Part shown: positions 26,297 through 37,950 of the stretch, in pieces
Layout of the letters: each line of letters opens with the position of its first letter
How positions within the stretch are numbered: position 1 is the first letter of the stretch
DNA from: Longimicrobiales bacterium
GTDB lineage: Bacteria; Gemmatimonadota; Gemmatimonadetes; Longimicrobiales; Gaopeijiaceae
NCBI GenBank assembly: GCA_965220675.1
Contig: OZ244837.1
Coordinates: 2,421,814 to 2,485,813 of the forward strand
DNA length: 64,000 bases
Direction of reading: 5' to 3'
The notes under the pieces: model-generated
Told to the model about the DNA's origin: nothing
Database searches by the model: none
What the model saw: only the letters and a program-made list of their open reading frames with translations
Made by a program: the position numbers and the translations under genes

Positions 26297-28459
26297 ATGG
26301 CCCACTCCGCGAAGCCCTTTGATTCCGTCAACGCCGTCCGCACCTGGACCCCCGCGTCCAAAGAACCGTACCACCTTGCCGAAGTCTTTGGAGAAGATTC
26401 ATTCGGGCTCTCTCAGATGCAGGACCGCCTGGCCGAAGGCACCTACAAACAGCTATTGGCGACCATCGAACACGGCGACAAGCCGACCGTCGAGGTCGCG
26501 GACGCCGTGGCCGCGGCGTTGAAGGACTGGGCGCTGTCCCGCGGCGCGACGCACTTTACGCATGTTTTCCAGCCGCTGACCGGTCGCACGGCCGAGAAGC
26601 ACGACACCTTCCTCAAGGTCGACAGAAACGGCCGCGCGCTGACCGAGTTCGGGGGCGACCAGTTGATCCAGGGCGAGCCCGACGCGTCTTCGTTCCCCTC
26701 GGGCGGACTCCGCTTCACGCACCAGGCCCGCGGCTACACTGCGTGGGATCCGACGTCACCGGCGTTCATCCTGTCCGGCGAGAGCGCGACCTACCTCTGC
26801 ATTCCCACCGCTTTCGTGAGCTGGACCGGCGACAGCCTGGACTACAAGACCCCGCTGCTCCGCTCGATCGAGTCGCTGGACCGCGTTACCCGGCGGGCGC
26901 TGGCGCTCTTCGGAGACGACACGGGCCGGGTATCGGCCAATCTGGGGCCCGAGCAGGAGTATTTCCTGGTCGACCAGGAGTTCTACTACCGCCGTCCGGA
27001 CCTGATCAACTCGGGCCGCACGCTCTTCGGCGCCAAGCCGCCGAAGGGCCAGGAGCTGGACGACCACTACTTCGGCGCGATCAACGACCGCATGATGGCG
27101 TACATCCAGTCCGTCGAGTCGGACCTGTTCCGGCTCGGCGTGCCCATGCAGACGCGTCACAACGAGGTGGCGCCGCAGCAGTTCGAATTCGCCCCGGTCT
27201 ACGAGAACGCCAACGTGGCTGCGGACCACCAGCAGCTCATGATGCGGGTCATGGAGAGGAACGCGGCGCGGTACGGACTGGTCTGCCTGCTGCACGAGAA
27301 GCCCTATGCGCGCATCAACGGCAGCGGGAAGCACCTGAACTGGTCGTTCGGCACGCCTTCGCAGAACCTGATGGAGCCCGGCAAGTCGATCCACGAGAAC
27401 GAACAGTTCCTCTTCTTCTGCACGGCGGTCATGCGCGCGGTGGAGCGGCACCAGGACCTGCTGCTCGCGTGCGTCGCCAGCGCCGGCAACGACCACCGCC
27501 TGGGCGCCAACGAGGCCCCGCCGTCGATCATTTCGATCTTCCTGGGTGACGAGATCCAGGGGATCTTCGAGGAGATCGCGGACTCCGGCTCGGCTTCGGA
27601 CGGCGGAGGCGGCGGCCTCATGGACCTGGGGGTGAGCATCCTCCCGGATCTGCCCAAGGACTCGGGAGACCGCAACCGCACGTCCCCCTTCGCGTTCACC
27701 GGCAACAAGTTCGAGTTCCGCGCACTGGGATCGGCGGTCAGCATCTCGTTCCCGGCCACGGTCCTCAACACCATCGTCGCCGAGTCGGTCGACGAGCTGA
27801 CCAGCGCGGTGGAGGCCGAGATGGCCGGCGGCGCGAGCCTGAGCGCGGCCCTGGGCAGCGTGCTGTCGAGCGAGGTCGCCGGATTCCGCCAGATCCTCTA
27901 CAACGGCGACAACTACACCCAGGAGTGGGTCGAGGAAGCGGCGCGGCGCGGGTTGGTGAACAGCCCCAGTGGCGCGGAAGCGCTGCCGGACATCGTCTCC
28001 GACAAGAACACGGCGCTGTTCGTCAAGTACGGCGTGCTCTCGGAGGAAGAGGTGCACTCCCGTTTCGAGGTTCTGGCCGAGCAGTACGTGACCAGGATCA
28101 CCACCGAGGGCGAGACCGCGCTGAGCATGGGACGGACGATGATTCTGCCCGCCGCGGTGCGCTACCTCGGCGACCTGGCGACGGCCGCGAGCGGCGGTGC
28201 CGGAGCGGAAGGGCTCAGCTCGACCGCGGGGACCGTCGGCGGCCTGGTGGACGCGCTCGTCTCGGCGCTCGACTCGCTCGACGCGCAGCTTGCGCACGAG
28301 GACGATGGCGACGACATGAACGCACACCTGCAGCATGTGCGCCACGGCGTGATGCCCGCGATGGACGCGGTACGCGATGCGGCGGATCAGCTGGAGGGAC
28401 AGGTCCCCAGCGACCTGTGGCCGCTCCCGTCGTACCGGGACATGATCTTCGTCCGGTAG
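26297..28459 (+). CDS. glnN: Glutamine synthetase type III
   Basis: It is about 720 aa. The GSIII hallmarks are FTHVFQPLTG, EQEYFLVD, HNEVAPQQFEFAP and NGSGKHLNWS. GAGGA lies upstream of the ATG at 26297. Confidence 0.9.
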   Translation: MAHSAKPFDSVNAVRTWTPASKEPYHLAEVFGEDSFGLSQMQDRLAEGTYKQLLATIEHGDKPTVEVADAVAAALKDWALSRGATHFTHVFQPLTGRTAEKHDTFLKVDRNGRALTEFGGDQLIQGEPDASSFPSGGLRFTHQARGYTAWDPTSPAFILSGESATYLCIPTAFVSWTGDSLDYKTPLLRSIESLDRVTRRALALFGDDTGRVSANLGPEQEYFLVDQEFYYRRPDLINSGRTLFGAKPPKGQELDDHYFGAINDRMMAYIQSVESDLFRLGVPMQTRHNEVAPQQFEFAPVYENANVAADHQQLMMRVMERNAARYGLVCLLHEKPYARINGSGKHLNWSFGTPSQNLMEPGKSIHENEQFLFFCTAVMRAVERHQDLLLACVASAGNDHRLGANEAPPSIISIFLGDEIQGIFEEIADSGSASDGGGGGLMDLGVSILPDLPKDSGDRNRTSPFAFTGNKFEFRALGSAVSISFPATVLNTIVAESVDELTSAVEAEMAGGASLSAALGSVLSSEVAGFRQILYNGDNYTQEWVEEAARRGLVNSPSGAEALPDIVSDKNTALFVKYGVLSEEEVHSRFEVLAEQYVTRITTEGETALSMGRTMILPAAVRYLGDLATAASGGAGAEGLSSTAGTVGGLVDALVSALDSLDAQLAHEDDGDDMNAHLQHVRHGVMPAMDAVRDAADQLEGQVPSDLWPLPSYRDMIFVR

Positions 28460-28573
28460 GCGGCCTGCGGAGAGGTCTCGCGGGGTGTCGTGGGCAACCG
28501 CGGCGCCCCGCGGCTTCATCTACAGGGCGGTCAGGTCAGTCGGTGGACGCTCAGGGAGGAGTGAGTTTGCAGG

Positions 28574-29782
28574 ATGAAGACGTTTCTGGCATTTGGGGTG
28601 GTGGCGGTGGTGCTGGCAGCCGGCACGGCTCTCATCGTGAAGGGAAGTGACTATCCGGGTGTGACAGGGCCGGGAGGGCAGGGCCCGACGACGCTGGGCG
28701 AAGCGGAGGCGGCGTACGAGGAGTCGTTCTCCGTCGTGTCCACGGTGCGGGAGTTGCCCGATGGCCAGGTGCTGGTGGCGGACGCGCTGGGCCAGGTGCT
28801 TGTGCGGCTGGATCTGGACGCGGGCACGGCCGACACGCTGGGACGCGTGGGCGAGGGGCCGGAGGAGTACCGGCAGCCGGACGCGGTGTGGCCGCTTCCC
28901 GGCGGCAGGACGCTGTTGGTCGACCTCGGCAACGGCCGCCTCACGGAGCTGAGCCCCGCACTGGAGTTCGGCGCCACACGGCCGTACGCGATCGGCGAGC
29001 TCGGCCCCGGCCGGGAGCTGGTGCTTGCCATTCCACAGGCCGTGGACGACCGGGGCCGCCTCTATTTCCGCAGCTTCGGACGCATGGGCGGGGGTGAACT
29101 GGCCGCCGATTCGGCGTACATCCTCCGCCTGGACCTGGAATCCGAGGTCGTGGACTCGGTGGGCCGGATCAAGCTGCCGGGTACTACCACGCGGACTACC
29201 GGCAGCGCGAACAACCAGAACACATCGGTAAGCCCGATCCCGTTGTCGGCGGCCGACGCGTGGGGCGTCGCTGGCGACGGCCGTGTGGTCATCGTCCGCT
29301 CCGGAGACTATCGCGTGGACTGGGTTGCGCCCGGGGGCCAGGTGTCGAGCGGACCCGCCGTTCCGTACGAGCCCGTCCGTATCGGTCGGGGAGAACAACA
29401 GGAGTGGGCGGACTCGCGGTCGGAGACCGGCGGCGGTCTCGGAATCTCTATTTCGATGTCGAACAACGCCATGGCCATGACCGCCAGCCGCGGCGGGGCC
29501 TCGAACGACGATGATCTGGACCAGTACGAGTGGCCCGACTTCGCGCCGGCGTTCTACGGGCGTCCGGTACCGGTCGACGGTGGGGGCCGCGCGTGGGTAA
29601 GACGTCACGTGGAAGCCGGTGATGCACCGGTGTACGACGTTTTCGACGGAGCGGGCGAGCGCGAGATGATCGTACGGCTGCCTCCCCGCCGGCGGGTCGT
29701 GGGTTTCGGCGACGCGAAGGTCTACGTGGTCCGCATGGACGAGTACGGACTGCAGTATCTGGAGCGTTACGCGCTGCCCTGA
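28574..29782 (+). CDS. Membrane-anchored or secreted hypothetical protein, beta-propeller-like
   Basis: It has an N-terminal hydrophobic anchor and repetitive beta-strand-rich segments. GGAGGAG lies upstream. I recognised no specific family. Confidence 0.5.
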   Translation: MKTFLAFGVVAVVLAAGTALIVKGSDYPGVTGPGGQGPTTLGEAEAAYEESFSVVSTVRELPDGQVLVADALGQVLVRLDLDAGTADTLGRVGEGPEEYRQPDAVWPLPGGRTLLVDLGNGRLTELSPALEFGATRPYAIGELGPGRELVLAIPQAVDDRGRLYFRSFGRMGGGELAADSAYILRLDLESEVVDSVGRIKLPGTTTRTTGSANNQNTSVSPIPLSAADAWGVAGDGRVVIVRSGDYRVDWVAPGGQVSSGPAVPYEPVRIGRGEQQEWADSRSETGGGLGISISMSNNAMAMTASRGGASNDDDLDQYEWPDFAPAFYGRPVPVDGGGRAWVRRHVEAGDAPVYDVFDGAGEREMIVRLPPRRRVVGFGDAKVYVVRMDEYGLQYLERYALP

Positions 29783-29803
29783 TCCGCAAGGGCGGCCTCG
29801 GCC

Positions 29804-30235
29804 TCAGCCGGGCCGGGTCCGAGTGGACACCTTCACCCCCCGGTCGTTGATCGTGGCCGGGTGCCCGTCGGAACGTGCCAGCCGATCGATCTCCGCTTCG
29901 TCTACTTGCACGACCGGCACGGTCGGATGCCCGAGTTCGTCGGCCACCAGGATGCCGAGCATGAGAATTGCGTCGGGCCGGCCGAGGACGATTCCGGCGG
30001 GTGAGACCCCGTTGCGCAGCAGTTCCAGCATGATCGCGCTGGACGAACTGGACCCGATCGTGCGCTTCATCACCAGGATGCGGCCGGCCAGCTCCTGTCC
30101 ATGCTGCGGATGGCGCGGATCGGCGATGATCCCCCTGATCGGATCCACACCGCCCCAGAAGCTGACAGGCTTTTGCAGGACGAAGAGGCGTCCCGTGGCC
30201 GAGCCGCCGTGCAGCGCGGTGCCGGTCAGCTCCAC
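29804..30235 (-). CDS. Aconitase X swivel-domain subunit (DUF126, AcnX small subunit)
   Basis: GRLFVLQKPVSFWGGVDPIRGII...GRILVMKRTIGSSSSSAIMLELLRNGVSPAGIV matches DUF126. The GTG at 30235 overlaps the large-subunit gene by 10 nt. Confidence 0.75.
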   Translation of the reverse strand: MELTGTALHGGSATGRLFVLQKPVSFWGGVDPIRGIIADPRHPQHGQELAGRILVMKRTIGSSSSSAIMLELLRNGVSPAGIVLGRPDAILMLGILVADELGHPTVPVVQVDEAEIDRLARSDGHPATINDRGVKVSTRTRPG

Positions 30236-31485
30236 AGGCTCTCGTCCCTGACGACGCGGCCGCTCATCGCCGACCGCACACAGTCCTCCAGGCTGCCGTA
30301 GACCACTCCATACCCCGTGTTGGATGGGGTGTAGTGGGCGAACTTGCCCGAATTGGTCATCAGGACGCCGTCCTGTGGCGGCAGAATGGGCGTGACGACG
30401 ACGCACGTGTCGACCACGATTTCGATGCCGGCGTTCTCGAAGCGTCGCAACCGGCCCGCCCCCTCCAGCTGGCGGTACTCTGACCGACCGGTGCAGACGT
30501 AGAAGGGGACGGAGAACGGTGCGGAGGGCAGGAGGGCTTCGAGCAGGTCGAACTCGGTTAGGGAGAAGTGCGGGCTGCCCACGGCAACCGCGTCGATACG
30601 GTCGGCGGCGCTCGTGCTGAGGGTGTCGCGCGCGCCGCGGAGTTCCCGGGGCGCGGGTGCGATGACTGTTTGCGGCGCCGTCCTATCCAGCGCCGTCTTG
30701 AGGTCGGGTGCCTCGGGCGTGACCCCCACGACATGGAACAGACCCACGGCTCCCGACGATGCCGCCGCCGCGCCCATCGCCTTGAGCTGGTCTTCGGTCA
30801 CGTCCCCGGGGAGCCCTGTGATGGCCGCGACGCGGTCGTCCACGGTCGCGCCGAGCCACGTGCCCAGCACGGGGTAGAAGACATCGCGCCGCTTCAGTCC
30901 GGGATCGATGGCGCTGGTGTCGACCACGACCGTCGCGAGGCGGTTGTCGTCCATGTGGAGCCCGGTACGCGGGGCGCGTCCCGCGATGGCGCAGCAGATA
31001 TCCATGAAGTCGCCGTAGCGGTTCGTGCGCGCGCCCAGCACCGAGTTGGCGAAGCATACCGCGTTGCTCTCGCCCCATGCGACGTGCTCACCCGGGGCAG
31101 GGCGGTGTCCAGCCTGATACGGGGCGCAGGTCCAGGTCGATGTACACCCGAGTGCCTGGTAGGCGCGCATCTGGCGCAGCGCCATCTCGCGCCTGTGATC
31201 GTTTCCGCGCACGCGCGCCGGGTTGAGCAGGTCGAGCGCACCGACGTTCAGCGTCGCGGGAACTGCCACCCTCGCGTCCAGGTCCACCAGCCGCTCGGCG
31301 AACTCGACCCCGCCGTCCCCGTGATACAGGCAGCCGTCGATGTGCGACGACGTGATTTCGACCAGCTCCCGCGCTCCGAGTATTTCACCCATGCGCACCA
31401 CGATGCGCATCGCCAGGCGGGCAGCGGGGCCGGAGTCGCCTGCAAGCATGGCGGCGTCGCGGCTTGAGAGTTGCAGAGAGGTCAT
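30226..31485 (-). CDS. Aconitase X catalytic subunit (DUF521, AcnX large subunit)
   Basis: The N-terminus is LSSRDAAMLAGDSGPAARLAMRIVVRMGE. Cys-containing segments typical of DUF521 are present, and it is paired with DUF126. The start may instead be at 31515. Confidence 0.75.
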   Translation of the reverse strand: MTSLQLSSRDAAMLAGDSGPAARLAMRIVVRMGEILGARELVEITSSHIDGCLYHGDGGVEFAERLVDLDARVAVPATLNVGALDLLNPARVRGNDHRREMALRQMRAYQALGCTSTWTCAPYQAGHRPAPGEHVAWGESNAVCFANSVLGARTNRYGDFMDICCAIAGRAPRTGLHMDDNRLATVVVDTSAIDPGLKRRDVFYPVLGTWLGATVDDRVAAITGLPGDVTEDQLKAMGAAAASSGAVGLFHVVGVTPEAPDLKTALDRTAPQTVIAPAPRELRGARDTLSTSAADRIDAVAVGSPHFSLTEFDLLEALLPSAPFSVPFYVCTGRSEYRQLEGAGRLRRFENAGIEIVVDTCVVVTPILPPQDGVLMTNSGKFAHYTPSNTGYGVVYGSLEDCVRSAMSGRVVRDESLWS

Positions 31486-31594
31486 GTGGTGTCCGTCGAA
31501 CGCACCTTGTGGCATCGGGGATCATCAGAAGAGTCGGTAGGGTACAGGATGCGTGGCAACGATGCGACGTTTCAAGAAGAGAGAGGAGGCCGAC

Positions 31595-32191
31595 ATGACT
31601 GGACTCAATCCGATGAAGCGGTCGTTCGCGGCGCTGTTGCTGGGCGCCGTCGTGGTCGGCTGTCAGGACAACCCCACCGAGCCGGCGGAGCCGCTTACGC
31701 TGGCGGAGACCGAGGCCCTCTACTTCGCCCTTTACGGATTTGCGACCGACACGACCCCCTCGACCCCGTCGGACGACGAGTTGGTCTATACCTGCCCGCT
31801 GGGTGGACAGATCAGAGCCACGGGTGATTTCAGCGAAGAGGCGGCGGGCGATACGACCCGTGTGACCACCGAGATCGAACTGGATCCGGAAAACTGCGTG
31901 ACCGGCCACGGGGGCCATGAATTCACGCTGGCCGACGGGAATCCGAGTATCAGGCTGCGGCTCACCATGAGCTTTGTGTCGTTCTTCGAAGCCATCGAGA
32001 TGGACGGGTCGATGACCGGGGGTGTGGACTGGGAGCTGGAGGACCGCGCGGGAACGTGCATGATGGATCTGGTCATCAGCGGAACGCTGGATTTTTCGGG
32101 GACGGAACCAGCCGGGGGTGGGAGCGCGACAGGACGAATGTGCGGTCTGGAGGTTGACTTCGATTCCAACGTGGATGTTCCCGGTTCGTAG
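31595..32191 (+). CDS. Lipoprotein of unknown function (paralog 1)
   Basis: It has a lipobox (LLGAVVVGC) and GAGGAGG upstream of the ATG at 31595. It is clearly a paralog of the next gene. Confidence 0.65.
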   Translation: MTGLNPMKRSFAALLLGAVVVGCQDNPTEPAEPLTLAETEALYFALYGFATDTTPSTPSDDELVYTCPLGGQIRATGDFSEEAAGDTTRVTTEIELDPENCVTGHGGHEFTLADGNPSIRLRLTMSFVSFFEAIEMDGSMTGGVDWELEDRAGTCMMDLVISGTLDFSGTEPAGGGSATGRMCGLEVDFDSNVDVPGS

Positions 32192-32265
32192 CGGCCGGGA
32201 CCAACGGCCCGGCCTGTGGCCCGGCCATATGCATCACTTGTTGCACACAAATGGAGGTGCGTGAG

Positions 32266-32868
32266 ATGAATGCGGCATCCAGCAGGTCGATGATCAGAGT
32301 CATGGCGGTTTGTGCGGCGCTGTCGGCAGTTGTTGCCGTGGGCTGTGAGAACAGCACAACCGGGCCTTCCGATCCGCTCACGATGGCGGAGACCGAAGCG
32401 CTCTTCCTCGGGATCAGCGAAGTGGCCCAGGACACGGCCCCGGATTTCGTTTCCGTGTCGACGGCTGGAGGCGTGATCGCGTGCCCGATGGGCGGGCAGG
32501 CGACGGTGGGTATCGAGCCCCCGAACGAGACGGCTGGCCCCCTCCGCCTGGTCACGACTTTTGACCCGGACGGCTGCGGGCTTTCCAGCAGAGGTTACGA
32601 TTTCACACTCGACGGCAATCCGAATGTCAGGACCGATCTGACCATCGCGATCGATGAATCGACCTTCGCCTTCAGCGTGACGGGATCGATCACGGGTGGT
32701 GTCGACTGGGCTTTGGACGATCGTTCAGGGGCCTGCATGATCGACCTGGTGCTCAGCGCGGGACTCGACGGGTCGGGGCCCGGCGGGGTTCCAACGGGGA
32801 TCGTCTCAGGAATGATGTGTGACCTTGAGGTCGAATTCGACGCAGTCAGCATCCAGACGCCTGGATAG
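32266..32868 (+). CDS. Lipoprotein of unknown function (paralog 2)
   Basis: It has a lipobox (AVVAVGC) and GGAGGTG upstream of the ATG at 32266. It shares LT(L/M)AETEAL, CP(L/M)GGQ, FTL.DGNP, TGGVDW.L.DR.G.CM.DLV.S and MC.LEV.FD with paralog 1. Confidence 0.65.
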   Translation: MNAASSRSMIRVMAVCAALSAVVAVGCENSTTGPSDPLTMAETEALFLGISEVAQDTAPDFVSVSTAGGVIACPMGGQATVGIEPPNETAGPLRLVTTFDPDGCGLSSRGYDFTLDGNPNVRTDLTIAIDESTFAFSVTGSITGGVDWALDDRSGACMIDLVLSAGLDGSGPGGVPTGIVSGMMCDLEVEFDAVSIQTPG

Positions 32869-32869
32869 G

Positions 32870-33892
32870 GTGCGCGCCGAGCGGATCATTGCCTGCCGAG
32901 GCCCCCTCCCGCCGGGTGAACGGATCGGCCGTTCCCGCGAGGGGCGGCCGATTCAAGCGTACCGGATCGGGAGCGGCCCGTTACGGGTCAGCCTGGTTGG
33001 CGGCTGTCACGCCGACGAGCCCGTCGGGCCACGGTTTTTGGAGCGGCTTGTGCGGCGTCTGGGCACCCCGGCCGGGGCGAAACTGTGCGAGGTAGCCACG
33101 TGGTCCGTGATCCCGCATGTCAATCCCGACGGGGCGGAGGCCAACGCCGCGTGGCAGACACCGGGAGCCGACCGGTACGACCTCGTCGCCTACCTGCGCC
33201 ATCGCGTACGGGAACTGCCTGGCGACGACATCGAGTTCGGCTTCCCGCGCGGTGCAGACGACAACGGCGCCCGCCCCGAGAACCGGGCCGCGTGGGACTT
33301 CTGGCGGGCGGGCGCGCCTTATGACCTGCACGTGAGCATGCACGGCATGAGCGTGGCCGCGGGACCGTACTTCCTGGTCGAGCGGTCGTGGTGGCCGCGT
33401 CTTGGCGACATGGCCAGGGCGCTCACGGGCATGGTCGAGGGGGCCGGGTACGCGCTGCACGACGTGGAGCGCCACGGCGAGAAGGGATTTCACCGGCTGG
33501 GGCGCGGGTTCTGCAGCCGCCCGGACAGCCGCGCGATGAGGCAGCACTTTCTTGATCTCGGCGACCCTGACACGGCTGCACGCTTTCGTCCCAGTTCGAT
33601 GGAGGCAATTCGGGCGCTGGGTGGCGACCCGCTCACGCTGGTGACGGAGATGCCGCTGTTCATCACGCCGGGCGTGGGGGAGGAGTTGGGTCCGCCGGAT
33701 CCCGTGCTGATGAGGTGGCGGAAGCGGATCGCTGACTGGGAGGTGCGGTTGGGAGCGGGTGCGGCGGAGGACGAAATCCGCGCCGATGCGGCGCGGGCCG
33801 GCCTGACACCCATGCCCGTGCGAGACCAGATGCGGTTTCAGTGGGCGTTCATACGGGAAGGGCTCAGGGCCGTGGGGGCTGCGGACGTCTGA
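32870..33892 (+). CDS. M14-family zinc carboxypeptidase-like protein
   Basis: It has GRPIQAYRIG, the zinc motif GGCHADEPVG (HxxE) and IPHVNPDG. The GTG at 32870 lies directly after the upstream stop. The track's earlier start overlaps the previous gene. Confidence 0.7.
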   Translation: MRAERIIACRGPLPPGERIGRSREGRPIQAYRIGSGPLRVSLVGGCHADEPVGPRFLERLVRRLGTPAGAKLCEVATWSVIPHVNPDGAEANAAWQTPGADRYDLVAYLRHRVRELPGDDIEFGFPRGADDNGARPENRAAWDFWRAGAPYDLHVSMHGMSVAAGPYFLVERSWWPRLGDMARALTGMVEGAGYALHDVERHGEKGFHRLGRGFCSRPDSRAMRQHFLDLGDPDTAARFRPSSMEAIRALGGDPLTLVTEMPLFITPGVGEELGPPDPVLMRWRKRIADWEVRLGAGAAEDEIRADAARAGLTPMPVRDQMRFQWAFIREGLRAVGAADV

Positions 33893-33896
33893 AGGT

Positions 33897-34331
33897 TCAG
33901 CGGAACGGGTCGCGCGTCTGCAACTCCGGGAACAACCCGAAATCACGATCCCGCGTGAGCAGCTCGTCGACACCGTGTGCCAGGCAAATCGCGGCCACGC
34001 GTGCGTCGTGGACGACCGGACCACGCACCCGGGGCCGACACACGAAGCGCTCGAGGATGGCGGGGAAGCGGCCTGTTTCGCCTATCAGCCGGTTCGATGG
34101 CGAGTCGGTCCAGGCCTGCAACTGGTTCCACGCCTCGTCCGGCGACGACTCCGCGCCGTGCCAGATCCGACGGTTGGTCACCACGCTGAGGAACTCGTAG
34201 CAGCACGGCCAGGGGATCGCCCATCGACGAGCACCCTCCGCCAATTCTCGCAGCACGCGGTCGGCCGCTTCGTGCACGCTGGATTCGCGACGGTGCGCGT
34301 ACACCAGAACGTTCGTGTCAACCGCGATCAT
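33897..34331 (-). CDS. vapC: Type II toxin VapC (PIN-domain ribonuclease)
   Basis: MIAVDTNVLVYA carries a PIN acidic residue, and the later acidic positions are in LLTRDRDF. There is an ATGA overlap with the upstream small gene. Confidence 0.85.
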   Translation of the reverse strand: MIAVDTNVLVYAHRRESSVHEAADRVLRELAEGARRWAIPWPCCYEFLSVVTNRRIWHGAESSPDEAWNQLQAWTDSPSNRLIGETGRFPAILERFVCRPRVRGPVVHDARVAAICLAHGVDELLTRDRDFGLFPELQTRDPFR

Positions 34332-34576
34332 TCGCCGCGCGGATACCCGTAGATGACCTCGGACAGGTCCTGCCAGCTGTAGGCTTCCAGGGGATCGTCG
34401 CCGTTCGGATCCCCGACGCTGAGGTCCGGCATCCGGTAGTCCCTGGCTGCCTGGGGGGCCTGCAGAACGAGGCGGAGCCCCTCTTCTACGACGGCCCGGA
34501 GCGGGACTCCCGCGCCACGGGCGTGTTGCTTGGCCCGATCGAGCAATTCGTCGTGAATGTCGATAGTCGTTTTCAT
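34328..34576 (-). CDS. vapB: Type II antitoxin VapB-like
   Basis: This 82-aa protein begins MKTTIDIHDELLDRAKQHA, as in VapB/DUF2191-type antitoxins. It is translationally coupled to vapC. Confidence 0.75.
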   Translation of the reverse strand: MKTTIDIHDELLDRAKQHARGAGVPLRAVVEEGLRLVLQAPQAARDYRMPDLSVGDPNGDDPLEAYSWQDLSEVIYGYPRGE

Positions 34577-34579
34577 GAA

Positions 34580-34597
34580 CCCATACTACCCATACTA
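34580..34597. repeat. Perfect tandem 9-bp direct repeat (CCCATACTA x2) abutting the vapB start codon
   Basis: The copies are at 34580-34588 and 34589-34597. The vapB ATG ends at 34576. The repeat is a candidate VapB operator or an unusual 5' leader. Confidence 0.5.
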
Positions 34598-34607
34598 TCT
34601 AATATGG

Positions 34608-35801
34608 TCAATCTGGTTGGCCGTCGCCATCTTGTATGGTCGGATTTCGCCTGCGGAACGGTAACAACCTGCGGACGCCGCGCCGCGGCCGGGCACGCCG
34701 GGTGTCGCGGCGCGCTTTCCTGATCCGCTTCCTGATCCGCTTCTTGAACTCGGCCTCGATGGCGGCGGGCTCCGGGGTATCCGCCTTGGACTTGGCGAAC
34801 ACTCGGTCCAGCGCGGCTGTGTAGGCTTCGCCCAACGCGGCGGTGAGCGCCCCGGCGGTTGCGGCTCTAATGGCACCTCCCACGACCAACCCGGCACCCG
34901 GGATCAGCTTCAGGAGTGCAGCGACGACGGCCCGCCCGGCCGGTCCCATGGGGCCGAGCAAGCCGACGAGCCTGGTCACAAAGGCCTTCGTCACATGCAG
35001 TCCATATAGTCTCGATATCTGCGCCAGCATTCGGACCTGAATGGGCACGAGCACTGCGGCATCGGCAAGCGGGATGGGAGTTGCACCCACGGTGGCGGCG
35101 GCGGCTGACCAAGACCATACACAACGGTGCGCGCGCTCCCTCTTCTGACGCAGGGAGACGCATTGCGCGGCTGCGAACGCTTGTCTGATCCCTTTGGGCA
35201 GGAGGCCGACGGTGGCCTCGATGAGATCGTCGAGCCCCAATGGCTCCAATGTGTGGCCGTCGTCCAGCTTCTCGGCAATGGCCCTCACGCGCACGACGTT
35301 CCCGGCTTCGGGAAGAAGCCTCTGCGCTTCGGCGCGAAACCCTTCGTCGCTCCGCGCCTTGGTGATGACCCCCAGCACGGGCATGCGCTTGCTCAACGTG
35401 CGGCACAGGTCCCGCTCCGCGTCCTGCACACGGCGTCCGTCTTCGTGAATGCAAAGCCATGCGACGTGAATGTGATGTTCGGGATCCGGGTTTCGCGCCT
35501 GCTCCTCCACCAGTTGGTTCAGTTCGTCAAGCGTCTCCCGGAAGTCGGCCATTTCCAACCCGCGAGTATCCCAGATACCCAGTGGAACGCCTTCCTTGCG
35601 GATGAGACGAGCCGTCCTGGTGACGGGTTCGCCGTAGCCCGTAGCCGCCATCCGTCCATGGAACACGCCGTTGATCAGCGTGCTCTTGCCGACGCCGGTA
35701 CGGCCCGCGATGAGGATGTTGCAGGTGCCCAATCCCTGAAGGGCCTCGTCGATCGTCGTCTGATCGAAGATCTCGTGGTCCGTGGGGTCAGGACTCGTCA
35801 C
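34608..35801 (-). CDS. GTP-binding protein (YfjP/YkfA-like G domain) with a C-terminal DUF697-like membrane domain
   Basis: G1 is AGRTGVGKST, G3 is WDTRGL and a G4-like VITKARSD follows. The C-terminal PIPLADAAVLVPIQVRMLAQISRLYG matches DUF697, and the tail is Arg/Lys-rich. I prefer the GTG at 35801 because AGGAG lies about 9 nt upstream; the track ORF extends to 35867. Confidence 0.7.
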   Translation of the reverse strand: MTSPDPTDHEIFDQTTIDEALQGLGTCNILIAGRTGVGKSTLINGVFHGRMAATGYGEPVTRTARLIRKEGVPLGIWDTRGLEMADFRETLDELNQLVEEQARNPDPEHHIHVAWLCIHEDGRRVQDAERDLCRTLSKRMPVLGVITKARSDEGFRAEAQRLLPEAGNVVRVRAIAEKLDDGHTLEPLGLDDLIEATVGLLPKGIRQAFAAAQCVSLRQKRERAHRCVWSWSAAAATVGATPIPLADAAVLVPIQVRMLAQISRLYGLHVTKAFVTRLVGLLGPMGPAGRAVVAALLKLIPGAGLVVGGAIRAATAGALTAALGEAYTAALDRVFAKSKADTPEPAAIEAEFKKRIRKRIRKARRDTRRARPRRGVRRLLPFRRRNPTIQDGDGQPD

Positions 35802-36024
35802 GTGGTGTACTCCTGTACTCTGGGTTCGCCCCGATACTGCAGTCGATGGGCAGGGAAACGGGAACACCGATCAGCCGGGTACGGAGGACCAAACATGCCT
35901 GGGCCTCGATGCGGCAGGCAACGGCCGGCGGCCGGTGCCGTGGCCCGGCACGGTTCCTTACCCTATCTTCCCCGCAGTCGCCGGGGGCATCCCGCCCCGC
36001 ACGGAGCGCGCAGTTGCCGCACAC

Positions 36025-37946
<1,922 letters not shown>

Positions 37947-37950
37947 CCCC

